DNA from: Ignavibacteria bacterium
GTDB lineage: Bacteria; Elusimicrobiota; Endomicrobiia; PHAN01
Reading direction: 5' to 3'
NCBI GenBank assembly: GCA_041694835.1
Contig: JBGFRZ010000042.1
Location: 1 to 36,389, forward strand
Length of the DNA: 36,389 bases
The notes below the pieces were generated by a model. That model worked only from the letters and a program-made list of their open reading frames with translations. It had not been told where the DNA came from and did not search any database. The first letter of the stretch is position 1; every line of letters begins with the position of its first letter. Of the stretch, positions 15,550-25,643 are shown one piece after another. Made by a program: the position numbers and the translations under genes.

Positions 15550-16436
15550 TTGACGGCGAAATCGAAAACGCTCTCAAAAAAATAGTCGGGAACCTAAAAA
15601 CTTTTGTTCCTCTATCGGAATATACTACGTTTAAGACGGGCGGGAGCGCAAAATATCTTGCCGAAGCCGAAAGCGAAGAAGAGCTAAAAAACCTGCACAA
15701 ATACATAAAAGAAAAAAACATACCTCACTTCCTCCTTGGATATGGCTCAAACACACTCGCAAAAGACGATGGATTCGATGGGGTAATAATAAAACTCTCG
15801 GGCGAATTCAAGAAAATATCGCATGAAGAAACAAAATTGAGTTGCGGGGGAGGGGTGTTTCTGCCAGCACTTCAGGCATATGCGACCAAAAACTCTCTTT
15901 CAGGTCTTGAACCTTTAAGCGGCATACCGGGGAGTGTCGGAGGGGCTGTTGTGATAAATGCGGCGACAAAATTTGGGAGCATCTCCGATGCTATGGAAAG
16001 CGTGAGGACGCTTGAAGAAGATCTGAATTATAAGACTCTGAAAAAAAAGGAAATTGTATTTTCGTACAGAAATTCGTCACTCAAAAACAACATCGTCGTC
16101 GGAGCGACTTTTGCCATGACACCGAAAAGGCCGGAAGAAATACTGAAAAAAATAAACAACTATATGGTCCACAGGTCTGTTACCCAGCCTCTGAAACCGT
16201 CAGCAGGCTCCATTTTCAAAAATCCTCCCGGACATTTTGCAGGAAAGCTTATAGAGGGATGCGGTCTTAAAGGCAAAAAAATAGGTGGGGCGATGATTTC
16301 AGAAGAACACGCCAATTTCATAATAAACAACGGGAATGCGAAATCGGAAGACATTCTTGAACTTATAGATATGGCGAGAAAAAAAGTGAAAGAAGAGTTC
16401 GGAATAAATCTGGAGCTTGAAATAAAGATACTATGA
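15546..16436 (+). CDS. murB: UDP-N-acetylenolpyruvoylglucosamine reductase
   Basis: TTFKTGG, LGYGSN, GIPGSVGGA, SAGSIFKNP, HANFIIN, LELEI. Confidence 0.95.
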   Translation: MIDGEIENALKKIVGNLKTFVPLSEYTTFKTGGSAKYLAEAESEEELKNLHKYIKEKNIPHFLLGYGSNTLAKDDGFDGVIIKLSGEFKKISHEETKLSCGGGVFLPALQAYATKNSLSGLEPLSGIPGSVGGAVVINAATKFGSISDAMESVRTLEEDLNYKTLKKKEIVFSYRNSSLKNNIVVGATFAMTPKRPEEILKKINNYMVHRSVTQPLKPSAGSIFKNPPGHFAGKLIEGCGLKGKKIGGAMISEEHANFIINNGNAKSEDILELIDMARKKVKEEFGINLELEIKIL

Positions 16437-17347
16437 GAAAAATTAAAAAAATGAGAATCGCGGTTCTTTACGGAGGCCCATCAACCGAGAGAGAAATTTC
16501 AATTAAGAGCGGGACTGCCGTAATAAATGCCCTCAACAAACTGGGAATAAAAAATGTTCCAATCATAGTAAACAAAAATCTTGAGTGGGTAGATAAAATA
16601 AAAAAATCAAAAGTGGATTTTGTGTTTATCGCTCTGCACGGCAAGTTTGGAGAAGACGGCACTGTCCAGTCCATACTTGAGTTTCTTGAAATTCCTTACA
16701 GCGGCTCTGGTATTCTTGCGAGCGCCCTTTCAATGAACAAACAAAAAGCGAAAGAAATAATGTTTGCGAATAATCTACCAACCCCTGATTGGCGTGTCAT
16801 ATCCGACGACACTTCACCTGCGGATTTTCGCTTTCCAATGCCTTGCGTCGTCAAACCAATTGACCATGGCTCGGCTTTGGGGGTATCAATAGTAAAAAAT
16901 AAAAACGAATTTATGAGTGCCATAAAATTGGCCAGCAGATACGGAAACAAAATCCTTGTTGAAAAATATATAGAGGGAACGGAGATTACGGTTGCGATAT
17001 TAGGTGAAAAAGCCCTGACGGCAATCGAGATAGTCCCCGCAGGCGAATTCTACGACTTCGAGTCGAAATATAAAGTCGGCATGTCGGAGCACATAATCCC
17101 CGCCAGGCTTCCGCACAAGATAATCAAGCGTGCCCAATCGCTTGCCGTAAAAACCTTCAAAACCCTCGGATGTAAAGCGTTCGGAAGGGTCGATTTGATG
17201 GTCAGCGCCAAAAATGAGATATTTCTCCTCGAACTAAACACTATCCCCGGGATGACCGCAACTTCACTCCTGCCCGACGCAGCGAAAGCATCGGGATTCA
17301 GTTTCGAAGAGATGATTCTCGAAATGATAAAATACTCTTTGCGCTAA
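16433..17347 (+). CDS. ddl: D-alanine--D-alanine ligase
   Basis: GGPSTEREIS, LHGKFGEDG, YDFESKY, LELNTIPGMT. Confidence 0.95.
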   Translation: MRKIKKMRIAVLYGGPSTEREISIKSGTAVINALNKLGIKNVPIIVNKNLEWVDKIKKSKVDFVFIALHGKFGEDGTVQSILEFLEIPYSGSGILASALSMNKQKAKEIMFANNLPTPDWRVISDDTSPADFRFPMPCVVKPIDHGSALGVSIVKNKNEFMSAIKLASRYGNKILVEKYIEGTEITVAILGEKALTAIEIVPAGEFYDFESKYKVGMSEHIIPARLPHKIIKRAQSLAVKTFKTLGCKAFGRVDLMVSAKNEIFLLELNTIPGMTATSLLPDAAKASGFSFEEMILEMIKYSLR

Positions 17348-17348
17348 A

Positions 17349-18140
17349 ATGAGAAAAAAACTCAAAGTGAAAGTGCGGTCGAAAATAAAGAAAAAAAGAC
17401 TCGCTCTTTTAAGAAAAATATTTTTGCTGCTTTTCGTCGCTTCGTCAATTTTTGCTTTGGGGTTGTTGGCTAAAAAAAATCTGACCGCCTATCTGAAATC
17501 TGAAAAATTCGCCATTAAAGAAATAATTCTGGAAGGCGCTATCAAAACAGATGCGGAAGAGCTTAAGGCGCTCGTCGGAGAGATGGCAAAGGGCGATTCC
17601 ATCTGGACCATTGACAAAAATAAGTTGAGGATGAAAGTGAAGGAAAAATATCCAAGAATAAAAAAAATTGCTGTTAAAAGGAAATTTCCCGATAGAATAA
17701 AAATTCTTTGCGCCGAGGCCGTGCCGATGGTCATATCAATCAACGGGGGAAAGAGAACTGCGATTGATAGCGATGGCAGGGAGTTTGCGCCTACAGACGA
17801 AGAATCCGAGATTCTTCCGGAGGTTTTGGGGTTAGATGTGTCGCAAATTCCATCGCTCTCGCTTTTTTTCAAAATGATGGACGAGTTTGCACCAGAAATC
17901 AAAAAAGAGGTTCGAACTGTGAAGATGGAGGGTCCGGGTTTCAGGACTGGTCTGGGCGACGGAACTGATGTAATCTGGGGCGATGTTAGAAACAAAAAAG
18001 AATTCGAGCGCAAAATTTTGTGTTTCAGAGCCGTCTACAGCGATTCAAAAGAAAGATTTGGTGAAATTTCTTACATAGACCTTGCCGACCTTGAGAAAAA
18101 TAAAAGAGCTGTTGTATTTCCGCTCAATAAAAAGATATAA
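17349..18140 (+). CDS. ftsQ: Cell division protein FtsQ/DivIB
   Basis: Basic N-terminus, single TM, POTRA-like VKRKFPDRIKI, C-terminal YIDL; position between ddl and ftsA. Confidence 0.8.
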   Translation: MRKKLKVKVRSKIKKKRLALLRKIFLLLFVASSIFALGLLAKKNLTAYLKSEKFAIKEIILEGAIKTDAEELKALVGEMAKGDSIWTIDKNKLRMKVKEKYPRIKKIAVKRKFPDRIKILCAEAVPMVISINGGKRTAIDSDGREFAPTDEESEILPEVLGLDVSQIPSLSLFFKMMDEFAPEIKKEVRTVKMEGPGFRTGLGDGTDVIWGDVRNKKEFERKILCFRAVYSDSKERFGEISYIDLADLEKNKRAVVFPLNKKI

Positions 18141-18233
18141 TAAAATGGTCGTTAGAGGAGAGGATAGGAACTGGCGCATAAGTGCATGAGTCAAAACTTG
18201 TGCTCTTATTCGCTAACATCAGGAGATGACAAA

Positions 18234-19475
18234 ATGCCGAAACATGAAATAGTAGGGAGTGTCGATATAGGAAGCAATCATGTCGCTTGCGTGATAGGAA
18301 GGCTTACCGACTCCGGAATCATAGAGGTGCTCGGAGGAGGGCGTTCGGAATGTTCGGGCATAAAAAACGGCGTCGTAACAAGCATGAAAGAAGCGAGCGA
18401 CGACATAAAAAACGCCATTGAGACAGCCGAGGAAAATGCCGGGGCGGATTTGAGAAAGATGTATGTGGCGTTGAGAGGCAGCCACATAGAGTCGCACAGT
18501 AGTCATGGCACTTTGGGCATATCAAGGACAGACAAGGAAATTACAACTGAAGATGTTGAAGGGGTAATCGACAACGCTAAAATGAACATAAGACTTTCTC
18601 ACGACAGGGAAATAGTCCATGCGATACCGCAGTCCTTCACGGTGAACGGGCAGGCCGGCGTAACAAACCCCGTAGGTATGGACGGAAGTCACCTTGAGGT
18701 GAACGTTCATGTGGTGACAGCGTCCTGCGTCCATATGAACACGCTTCAAAAAGCGATAGCGAGAGGAGGATTTGAAATCACAGAGTTCGTTTATGGAATC
18801 CTCGCTCTTGGCGAAAGCGTCGTAACGCAGGAAGAGAAGGAACTCGGATGTCTTCTCATCGACATCGGCGGCTATTCCACCGGTCTTGTGATATACCAGA
18901 GCGGACACATTCAGGCAAGCCGGGAAATGGAACTCGGCGGCGACTTCATATCTAAAGATCTTGCCCACAACCTAAGGACAAAAATTCAGACGGCGGCGCA
19001 GATAAAAGAAAAATATGGTGTCGCAGAAAAAAAACTTCTTAAAAATGGCGAGTCGAATCAAAAGATAGAATATATCAGCCTAGACGGTAAGACGATGAGG
19101 GATATAAAGAGACATGAACTTGTCCATGTTATTGAGGCCCGCGTGGACCAGATCGCGACCCTTGCCTCGGATACCATAGTAAAAGACGGATATTCCTTCG
19201 ATCTTTTTTCAGCCGGAGTAATAATCACCGGGGGCGCTTCCCAGTTAAAGGGAATTGACGCCTACTTCGAAGACGCTCTCAAAACCATAGCGCGCATAGG
19301 CAACGTCAACGATGTCGAAGGCGAAGCAAGCATAGTAAACAATCCATCATACTACACCGCCATCAGTCTACTTAAGTATCACTTCGGAGATTTGAGACAA
19401 ACTACGAAACAGCGCGTTGGCGCAAAAAAATCGATTTTATCATCTTTGACGAAGTGGTGGGATGAAACATTTTGA
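18234..19475 (+). CDS. ftsA: Cell division protein FtsA
   Basis: AGGAGA RBS; DIGS, GIKNGVV, NPVGMDG, IDIGG, ITGGASQLKG. Confidence 0.95.
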   Translation: MPKHEIVGSVDIGSNHVACVIGRLTDSGIIEVLGGGRSECSGIKNGVVTSMKEASDDIKNAIETAEENAGADLRKMYVALRGSHIESHSSHGTLGISRTDKEITTEDVEGVIDNAKMNIRLSHDREIVHAIPQSFTVNGQAGVTNPVGMDGSHLEVNVHVVTASCVHMNTLQKAIARGGFEITEFVYGILALGESVVTQEEKELGCLLIDIGGYSTGLVIYQSGHIQASREMELGGDFISKDLAHNLRTKIQTAAQIKEKYGVAEKKLLKNGESNQKIEYISLDGKTMRDIKRHELVHVIEARVDQIATLASDTIVKDGYSFDLFSAGVIITGGASQLKGIDAYFEDALKTIARIGNVNDVEGEASIVNNPSYYTAISLLKYHFGDLRQTTKQRVGAKKSILSSLTKWWDETF

Positions 19476-19491
19476 CGGAGGTTGAATAAAG

Positions 19492-20583
19492 ATGTCGCAA
19501 CATAGAGGTGATTTTTCAGACAATCCTGCCATAATTAAAGTTCTCGGGGTTGGGGGATGCGGTGGTAACGCTGTAAACCGCATGGTCAGGAGCAAAATGA
19601 CTGGCATAGAATTCATAGCGATGAACACTGATGTTCAGGCTCTCAGGGCGTCCGAGGCGAACGTAAAGATACAGCTGGGAAGAGATATATTAAAGGGTCT
19701 CGGCACGGGCGGATATCCCGAAAAAGGGAGGGAAGCCGCGTCTGAATCGAAAGAGCGGATAAAAGAAGTTTTAACTGGTTCGGATATGGTCTTTATTACG
19801 GCTGGTATGGGTGGAGGGACTGGAACCGGGGCAGCGCCTATCATAGCCGAGATGGCAAAAAGTATGGACATACTTACCGTCGGCGTCGTCACCATGCCGT
19901 TTGAATTCGAGCTTGCTTTGAGAAAACAGCAGGCCACAAACGGACTCAACGAACTAAAAAAACATCTGGACACTCTTATTACTATTCCGAACGACAAAGT
20001 GTTTTTCGTTATGGACGAAAGAACGCCTCTCGATGTGGCATACGCCATAATCGACGATGTCCTCCGCCAGGCCGTTCAGGCCGTGTCCGAGATAATAACC
20101 AAACCGGGCGAGATGAATAGGGATTTCAATGACGTCAGAAAAATACTGATAGATGCCGGCGAATCCCACATAGGCATGGGTGAGGCGAGCGGAGACGACA
20201 GGGCCCGCAAAGCATGCATGAAAGCCATGGAAAATCCGCTCCTTGAAAACGCCTCCATAAACGGGGCGAAGAAGATACTTGTAAACATAACCACATCAAG
20301 AAATGTTTATATGAACGAAGTTAGAGAGGCGATGAGTCTTGTGCAGGACTCGGTGGCCGCCGACGCCGAGCTTTTAATGGGAACCGTGGCTGACGACGAG
20401 ATGGATGACAGGATGAAAATCACGATAGTGGCGTCGGGACTGCCATCGGCAAATGCCAAGAAAATAAAACAACCAAAGCCATCGATATCGGTTTCGAAAG
20501 CCGTCGAAAAAGAGAGCCCCGACTCCAAAACGACATGGGACAAACCAGCATATCTCAACTGGAAACAGCGAAAAAGGTATTGA
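19492..20583 (+). CDS. ftsZ: Cell division protein FtsZ
   Basis: KVLGVGGCGGNAVNRM, NTDVQAL, AGMGGGTGTGAAP tubulin signature. Confidence 0.97.
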   Translation: MSQHRGDFSDNPAIIKVLGVGGCGGNAVNRMVRSKMTGIEFIAMNTDVQALRASEANVKIQLGRDILKGLGTGGYPEKGREAASESKERIKEVLTGSDMVFITAGMGGGTGTGAAPIIAEMAKSMDILTVGVVTMPFEFELALRKQQATNGLNELKKHLDTLITIPNDKVFFVMDERTPLDVAYAIIDDVLRQAVQAVSEIITKPGEMNRDFNDVRKILIDAGESHIGMGEASGDDRARKACMKAMENPLLENASINGAKKILVNITTSRNVYMNEVREAMSLVQDSVAADAELLMGTVADDEMDDRMKITIVASGLPSANAKKIKQPKPSISVSKAVEKESPDSKTTWDKPAYLNWKQRKRY

Positions 20584-20586
20584 ACT

Positions 20587-21687
20587 GTGAATTACAAAGA
20601 ACTTCTTTCAAAAATGCGTGAACTCAAAGCCTCGGATTTGCATATCCGCTCGAACTCTCCAGCGGCTTTTAGAGTAGACGGAAACATCGTAAAATTCGAG
20701 GATGCCGTCTTTTCGGATAAAGACCTCGATGGAATAGTCAAAGTTCTGCTCGACGAAAACAAAGAGAGGATATTAAAGGAAAATATGCAGTGCGATGCGT
20801 CGATTTCACTTGAAGACTCCGCCAGATACCGCCTTAACATATACAGACAAAAAGGCATGCTTAACATAGCGGTAAGGATTATCCCGAGCATTGTGCCCAC
20901 TCTCGAGGAAACGAGACTTCCTGCGATAATTTCCAAGATAGCGGAAAACAGACGGGGACTTGTGCTGGTAACTGGAACTAGCGGCTGCGGAAAATCTACT
21001 ACACTGGCGGCGATAATAAACCACATAAACGAAACAAGAGCGGCACACATAATAACGATAGAGGACCCGATAGAGTTCATCCACAACGACAAAAAATCGA
21101 TAGTGACCCAGAGAGAGATAGGCATAGACGCGCCGAACTATGCTGCCGCCCTCAAACACGTTGTCAGGGAAGACCCCGATGTTATACTAATAGGCGAGAT
21201 GCGCGACATAGAAACAATGGCAGTCGCGCTGACGGCGGCTCAGACGGGACATCTCGTCCTTTCAACCGTCCACACCATAGACGCCATTCAGACGGTAACA
21301 AGGATAATCGACATGTTTCCGCCCCACCAGCAGAATCAGACAAGGTTCCAGCTTGCCGACACCCTCAAGGCCGTTATATCTCAAAGGCTTGCGATTCATT
21401 CGTCGGGAAAAGGAAGAATGCCTGTCGCCGAGATACTCTCGGTCACGTCGCTTGTCAAAAAATATATAACCGAAAACAATCTGTCGGAGATAACAAACGC
21501 GATGAAGCAAGGGCAGTACTACGGCATGCAAACTTTCAATCAGGCTCTGCTCAAACTCGTTCAGACTCAGGAGATAAACCTTCAGGAGGCACTGGAGATA
21601 GCGACAAACCCCGAAGAGTTGATGCTTGCCGTAAGAGGAGTGGAGCCATCGACAACCAGCGCATCCAATATTCTTGAAAGATTTTGA
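20587..21687 (+). CDS. PilT/PilU-family type IV pilus ATPase
   Basis: ASDLH, GTSGCGKSTT, TIEDPIE, REDPDVILIGEMRD, TGHLVLSTVH, GMQTFNQAL. Confidence 0.9.
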   Translation: MNYKELLSKMRELKASDLHIRSNSPAAFRVDGNIVKFEDAVFSDKDLDGIVKVLLDENKERILKENMQCDASISLEDSARYRLNIYRQKGMLNIAVRIIPSIVPTLEETRLPAIISKIAENRRGLVLVTGTSGCGKSTTLAAIINHINETRAAHIITIEDPIEFIHNDKKSIVTQREIGIDAPNYAAALKHVVREDPDVILIGEMRDIETMAVALTAAQTGHLVLSTVHTIDAIQTVTRIIDMFPPHQQNQTRFQLADTLKAVISQRLAIHSSGKGRMPVAEILSVTSLVKKYITENNLSEITNAMKQGQYYGMQTFNQALLKLVQTQEINLQEALEIATNPEELMLAVRGVEPSTTSASNILERF

Positions 21688-22400
21688 TTCTTTCACAGAA
21701 AGGTTTTAATTCTTCCGCAAATATCAATAAACTCGAAAAAATGTGGGAAAGAGACGGCGATACTCTAACAGAAAAAAGTTTCATCAAATCCGGCGTCGAG
21801 ATGCTCTTTACGCTTAAAGACAAAGGCGACATGCTCGTCCTCGAAAATAGAAAATCCTTCGGCGACCTCGTCATAGGTGAACAGGTCCATGGCTCTAATG
21901 TGTACGAGGCTATAAAAACCGATGCAGGAAAGATGCTCCCCAAAACTGACGCCCTTATGACCGCCCAGACCGGTCTTTCCCTCGGAGTTTTCACGGCCGA
22001 CTGTCTGGCCGTCTATTTTTTTGACGAAAAAAATAGAAAAATATCGCTGGTTCACGCGGGATGGCGGGGCATTGAGAAAAATATAATAAAAAAAGCGATT
22101 GAGCGTTTTGACGATGCTAAAAATCTGTATGCAGCGATAAGCCCTCACATAAAAAAATGCTGCTATAAAGTTGGTGCCGATGTCGGAGAGATATTCCCTC
22201 GCTATTGGAAGGAAGGATTTCTTGATATGGAGTCCGCCGCTTTAGAACAGCTTGAAGAAGGCGGATTGGAAAAAGAAAGAATATCCGTAGCGGATTTTTG
22301 CACCTGTTGTGGCGAAATTTTTTTTTCATACCGCAGGGATAAGACAAAATTCCGTCACCTTGCACTGATAAGATTAAAAACGAGTGAGCGAAGCGAATAG
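21684..22400 (+). CDS. pgeF: Peptidoglycan editing factor PgeF/YfiH (laccase-domain) family
   Basis: QVHG, TADC, HAGWRG, CCYKVG, CTCC, FFSYRR. Start may be ATG 21741. Confidence 0.85.
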   Translation: MILSQKGFNSSANINKLEKMWERDGDTLTEKSFIKSGVEMLFTLKDKGDMLVLENRKSFGDLVIGEQVHGSNVYEAIKTDAGKMLPKTDALMTAQTGLSLGVFTADCLAVYFFDEKNRKISLVHAGWRGIEKNIIKKAIERFDDAKNLYAAISPHIKKCCYKVGADVGEIFPRYWKEGFLDMESAALEQLEEGGLEKERISVADFCTCCGEIFFSYRRDKTKFRHLALIRLKTSERSE

Positions 22401-22411
22401 GAGAGAAGGAA

Positions 22412-23479
22412 ATGAGCGACATAAAGAAACTTAGAGGAAAAATAGACACCATAGATGCCGAGATACTGAAACTCCTTTTAAGGAGGGGGGACATCGCAAA
22501 GAAGATAGGGGGCGTAAAAAAGGAAAGCGATGCCGATTTTTACGTACCATCGAGGGAAAAGGAGATACTTTTAAAGATAAAAAATAAGGACATATCTCCG
22601 TTTACTCCGGAGTCAATCGAAAGTATATTCAGGGAGATACTCAACGCATCTCGTTCCGTAGAGCGGAAAATTAGGGTGGCGTATCTGGGTCCCGCTGCAA
22701 CTTTTACCCATCAGGCTGCCATAAAAAATTTCGGCGTAAACGCGGATTTCATACCGGCAGAAAGCATATCGGACGTCTTCGCTGAAGTCGAGAGAAAAAG
22801 AGCGGACTACGGAGTTGTCCCTGTCGAAAACACCTCGGAGGGAATAGTTACGCACACTCTCGATATGTTTTTCAATTCCGATATGAAGATAGTCTCGGAG
22901 ATAAATCTGCAGATAGAACACTGCCTGCTTTCGAAATCAAAATGGACGGGTTCCGTAAAAGCCATTTATTCACATCCGCAGGCCTTCGCTCAGACAAGAA
23001 AATGGATACACAAAAACTGTCCCACAGCTAAACTCAAAGAAACGCTTTCGACAGCGATGGCGGCAGCTATCGCGCGAAATGAAAAGAACTCGGCCGCCAT
23101 AGCAAGTGCTGTAGCTGCAAAGTTATACAGCTTAAACATTATTGCTTCAGGAATAGAGGATATAAAAGAAAACTTCACGAGATTTCTTATAATCGGGCAC
23201 AACATATCGGAGTCCTCGAAAAACGACAAGACGTCTGTTATGATATCCCTCAAAGACAGGGTCGGAGCACTCCACGACATGCTCATCCCTTTCAAGAAAA
23301 ACAAGATAAATCTCACAAAGATAGAATCCAGACCGACGAAAAGAAAGGCATGGGAGTACGTCTTTTTCATAGATTTTCTCGGGCATATATCTGATGAAAA
23401 CGTAAAGGCGGCGCTCGGTGAGGTGGAAAAAAACAGTAACTTCATAAAAATACTAGGCTCTTACCCTAAGGCAGAATAA
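22412..23479 (+). CDS. pheA: Chorismate mutase/prephenate dehydratase (P-protein)
   Basis: LRGKIDTIDAEIL (CM), AYLGPAATFTH, PVENTSEG, NFTRF, ACT domain LTKIESRP. Confidence 0.95.
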   Translation: MSDIKKLRGKIDTIDAEILKLLLRRGDIAKKIGGVKKESDADFYVPSREKEILLKIKNKDISPFTPESIESIFREILNASRSVERKIRVAYLGPAATFTHQAAIKNFGVNADFIPAESISDVFAEVERKRADYGVVPVENTSEGIVTHTLDMFFNSDMKIVSEINLQIEHCLLSKSKWTGSVKAIYSHPQAFAQTRKWIHKNCPTAKLKETLSTAMAAAIARNEKNSAAIASAVAAKLYSLNIIASGIEDIKENFTRFLIIGHNISESSKNDKTSVMISLKDRVGALHDMLIPFKKNKINLTKIESRPTKRKAWEYVFFIDFLGHISDENVKAALGEVEKNSNFIKILGSYPKAE

Positions 23480-23523
23480 ATAATAAATGTGGCCTATGGT
23501 TCTAATCGGGGGGAGTGGAGCGA

Positions 23524-24633
23524 ATGATGGAAGTAAAAAAAATTATAAGACCTTGTGTAAGAAACTTATCGCCATACGTCGCGGGAATGCCCATAGCGGC
23601 CGTCAAAAAACAGTTCGGGATTAAAAAAGTGGTGAAGCTCGCATCAAACGAAAATCCTCTCGGACCTTCCAGAAAAGCTGTCGGCTTTTTGATAAAAAAC
23701 ATCAAAAAAATAAATCTTTATCCCGACAGTGATTCAGTTAATATAAGAAGCGCTATCGCCCGAAAATACGGCATCTCTCCTAAAAACATCATTGTCGGTT
23801 CCGGTTCAGATGAGTTAATAGAGATAATAGCAAAGACATTTTTCAACCCCATCGACGAGATAATCGTCTCAAAACACGCTTTTATCAGATATAAGATGGC
23901 GGGCGATTTGATGAACTGTAAAGTCATTGAAGTGCCGATGAAAAATTTTAAGCACGCTCTTGATGCGATGGCAAGCGCCGTTACAAAAAAAACAAAAGCG
24001 ATTTTTGTGGCAAATCCCAACAATCCAACCGGCACTTACAACACAAAAAAAGAAGTTGAAAAGTTTTTAAACTCACCTCTTACCTCTCACCTCTCGCCTC
24101 TTATTGTTATCGACGAAGCATATTACGAATACGCAAAAATCAACCGCGATTATCCTGAAACGCTCAAATATCTTAAAAAATATCCAAATCTAATAATACT
24201 TAGGACTTTTTCGAAAATTTACGGACTCGCAGGGCTCAGACTCGGATATGCGTTCACTTCAAAAGAAATAATTGATGAACTCAACAAAATCAAACCGCCC
24301 TTTAATGTGAGTTCATCCGCTCAATCTGCCGGCATTGCAGCACTCACCGATGAAAAACATCTCAAAAACTCTGTAAATCTCGTCGAAAAAGAAAAATCGC
24401 TTCTTTACAAAACTTTAGACAAGATGCGAATCAAACATGTAAAATCCGCCGGGAATTTTATTCTAATAGATACAAAACCATTTACAGGAAAAAAGATTTT
24501 TGAGCAATTGCTTAAAAATGGTGTAATCGTGCGAGCAATGGATGAATACGAACTTCCATATCATATCAGATTGACAATAGGACTACCTTCGGAAAATAAA
24601 TTATTCATAAAGGAGTTGAAAAAACTTATATGA
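23524..24633 (+). CDS. hisC: Histidinol-phosphate/aromatic aminotransferase
   Basis: KLASNENPLGPS, NPNNPTG, DEAYYE, RTFSKIYGLAGLRLGY. Start may be 23515, 23524 or 23527. Confidence 0.92.
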   Translation: MMEVKKIIRPCVRNLSPYVAGMPIAAVKKQFGIKKVVKLASNENPLGPSRKAVGFLIKNIKKINLYPDSDSVNIRSAIARKYGISPKNIIVGSGSDELIEIIAKTFFNPIDEIIVSKHAFIRYKMAGDLMNCKVIEVPMKNFKHALDAMASAVTKKTKAIFVANPNNPTGTYNTKKEVEKFLNSPLTSHLSPLIVIDEAYYEYAKINRDYPETLKYLKKYPNLIILRTFSKIYGLAGLRLGYAFTSKEIIDELNKIKPPFNVSSSAQSAGIAALTDEKHLKNSVNLVEKEKSLLYKTLDKMRIKHVKSAGNFILIDTKPFTGKKIFEQLLKNGVIVRAMDEYELPYHIRLTIGLPSENKLFIKELKKLI

Positions 24634-25643
24634 TAATCACACTTAAAAACGGAGCAACAAAAAATCAAATCGACGCCGTTGTAAACAAAATAAAAAAATT
24701 GAAGTACATCCCACATATATCCCGCGGCGTTGACAAGACAATAATAGGTATGATAGGCGAAAGGGCGGAGAAGTACCGCGATATATTCGAGGCGATGGAT
24801 GTGGTAGACCACATAAGCGAAATAGAAAAACCATATAAATTGGCGAGTCGCGAATTTAAAAAAGAAAATACCGTTATAAATGTAAGCGGCGTAAAAATCG
24901 GCGGGAGTGAAATCGTCATAATAGCCGGCCCATGCGCCATAGAAAAAAAGGAACTCATCGTAAAAATAGCCAGGATGATAAAGTCAGCGGGAGCGAAGGG
25001 ATTGAGAGGCGGGGCATTTAAGCCGAGGACTTCTCCGTATGCTTTTCAGGGTATTGGTGAAAAGGGGCTAAAATTACTTGCGGAAGCAAAAAAAACAACA
25101 GGTCTTCTTACCACAACCGAAGTGATGAATGTCACACAGGTAAATCTTGTTTCAAAATACGCCGACATAATACAAATAGGGGCAAGAAATATTCAAAACT
25201 ACGACCTTTTAAAAGCTGTCGGAAAATTGAAAAATCCCATACTTCTCAAAAGGGGAATGTCCACGACGGTCAAAGAACTCCTTCTTTCGGCGGAATACAT
25301 AATGTCAGGCGGAAATCACAAAGTGATTTTATGCGAACGAGGAATAAGAACTTTCGAGGATTCGACGAGGTTCACGCTTGACCTAAACGCGGTACCCGTC
25401 CTTAAAAAACTCTCGCATCTTCCTGTTTTCGTCGACCCATCTCACGGTATTGGCATAAGAGAACATGTGCCCGCCATGGCGAAAGCATCGCTCGCTGCCG
25501 GCGCCGACGGACTTGCCATAGAAGTCCATCCAAAGCCCGAAGAAGCCCTCTCCGACGGACCACAGTCACTCCTGCCAAATCAGTTCGAAAAGCTGATGAG
25601 CGAGTTAAAAATCCTCGCAAGGGCACTCGGAAGAAATTTATGA
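24630..25643 (+). CDS. aroF: 3-deoxy-7-phosphoheptulonate (DAHP) synthase, type I-beta with N-terminal regulatory domain
   Basis: IAGPCAIE, RGGAFKPRTSPY, IGARN, LCERGIRTF, DPSH, SDGPQSL. Confidence 0.95.
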   Translation: MIITLKNGATKNQIDAVVNKIKKLKYIPHISRGVDKTIIGMIGERAEKYRDIFEAMDVVDHISEIEKPYKLASREFKKENTVINVSGVKIGGSEIVIIAGPCAIEKKELIVKIARMIKSAGAKGLRGGAFKPRTSPYAFQGIGEKGLKLLAEAKKTTGLLTTTEVMNVTQVNLVSKYADIIQIGARNIQNYDLLKAVGKLKNPILLKRGMSTTVKELLLSAEYIMSGGNHKVILCERGIRTFEDSTRFTLDLNAVPVLKKLSHLPVFVDPSHGIGIREHVPAMAKASLAAGADGLAIEVHPKPEEALSDGPQSLLPNQFEKLMSELKILARALGRNL

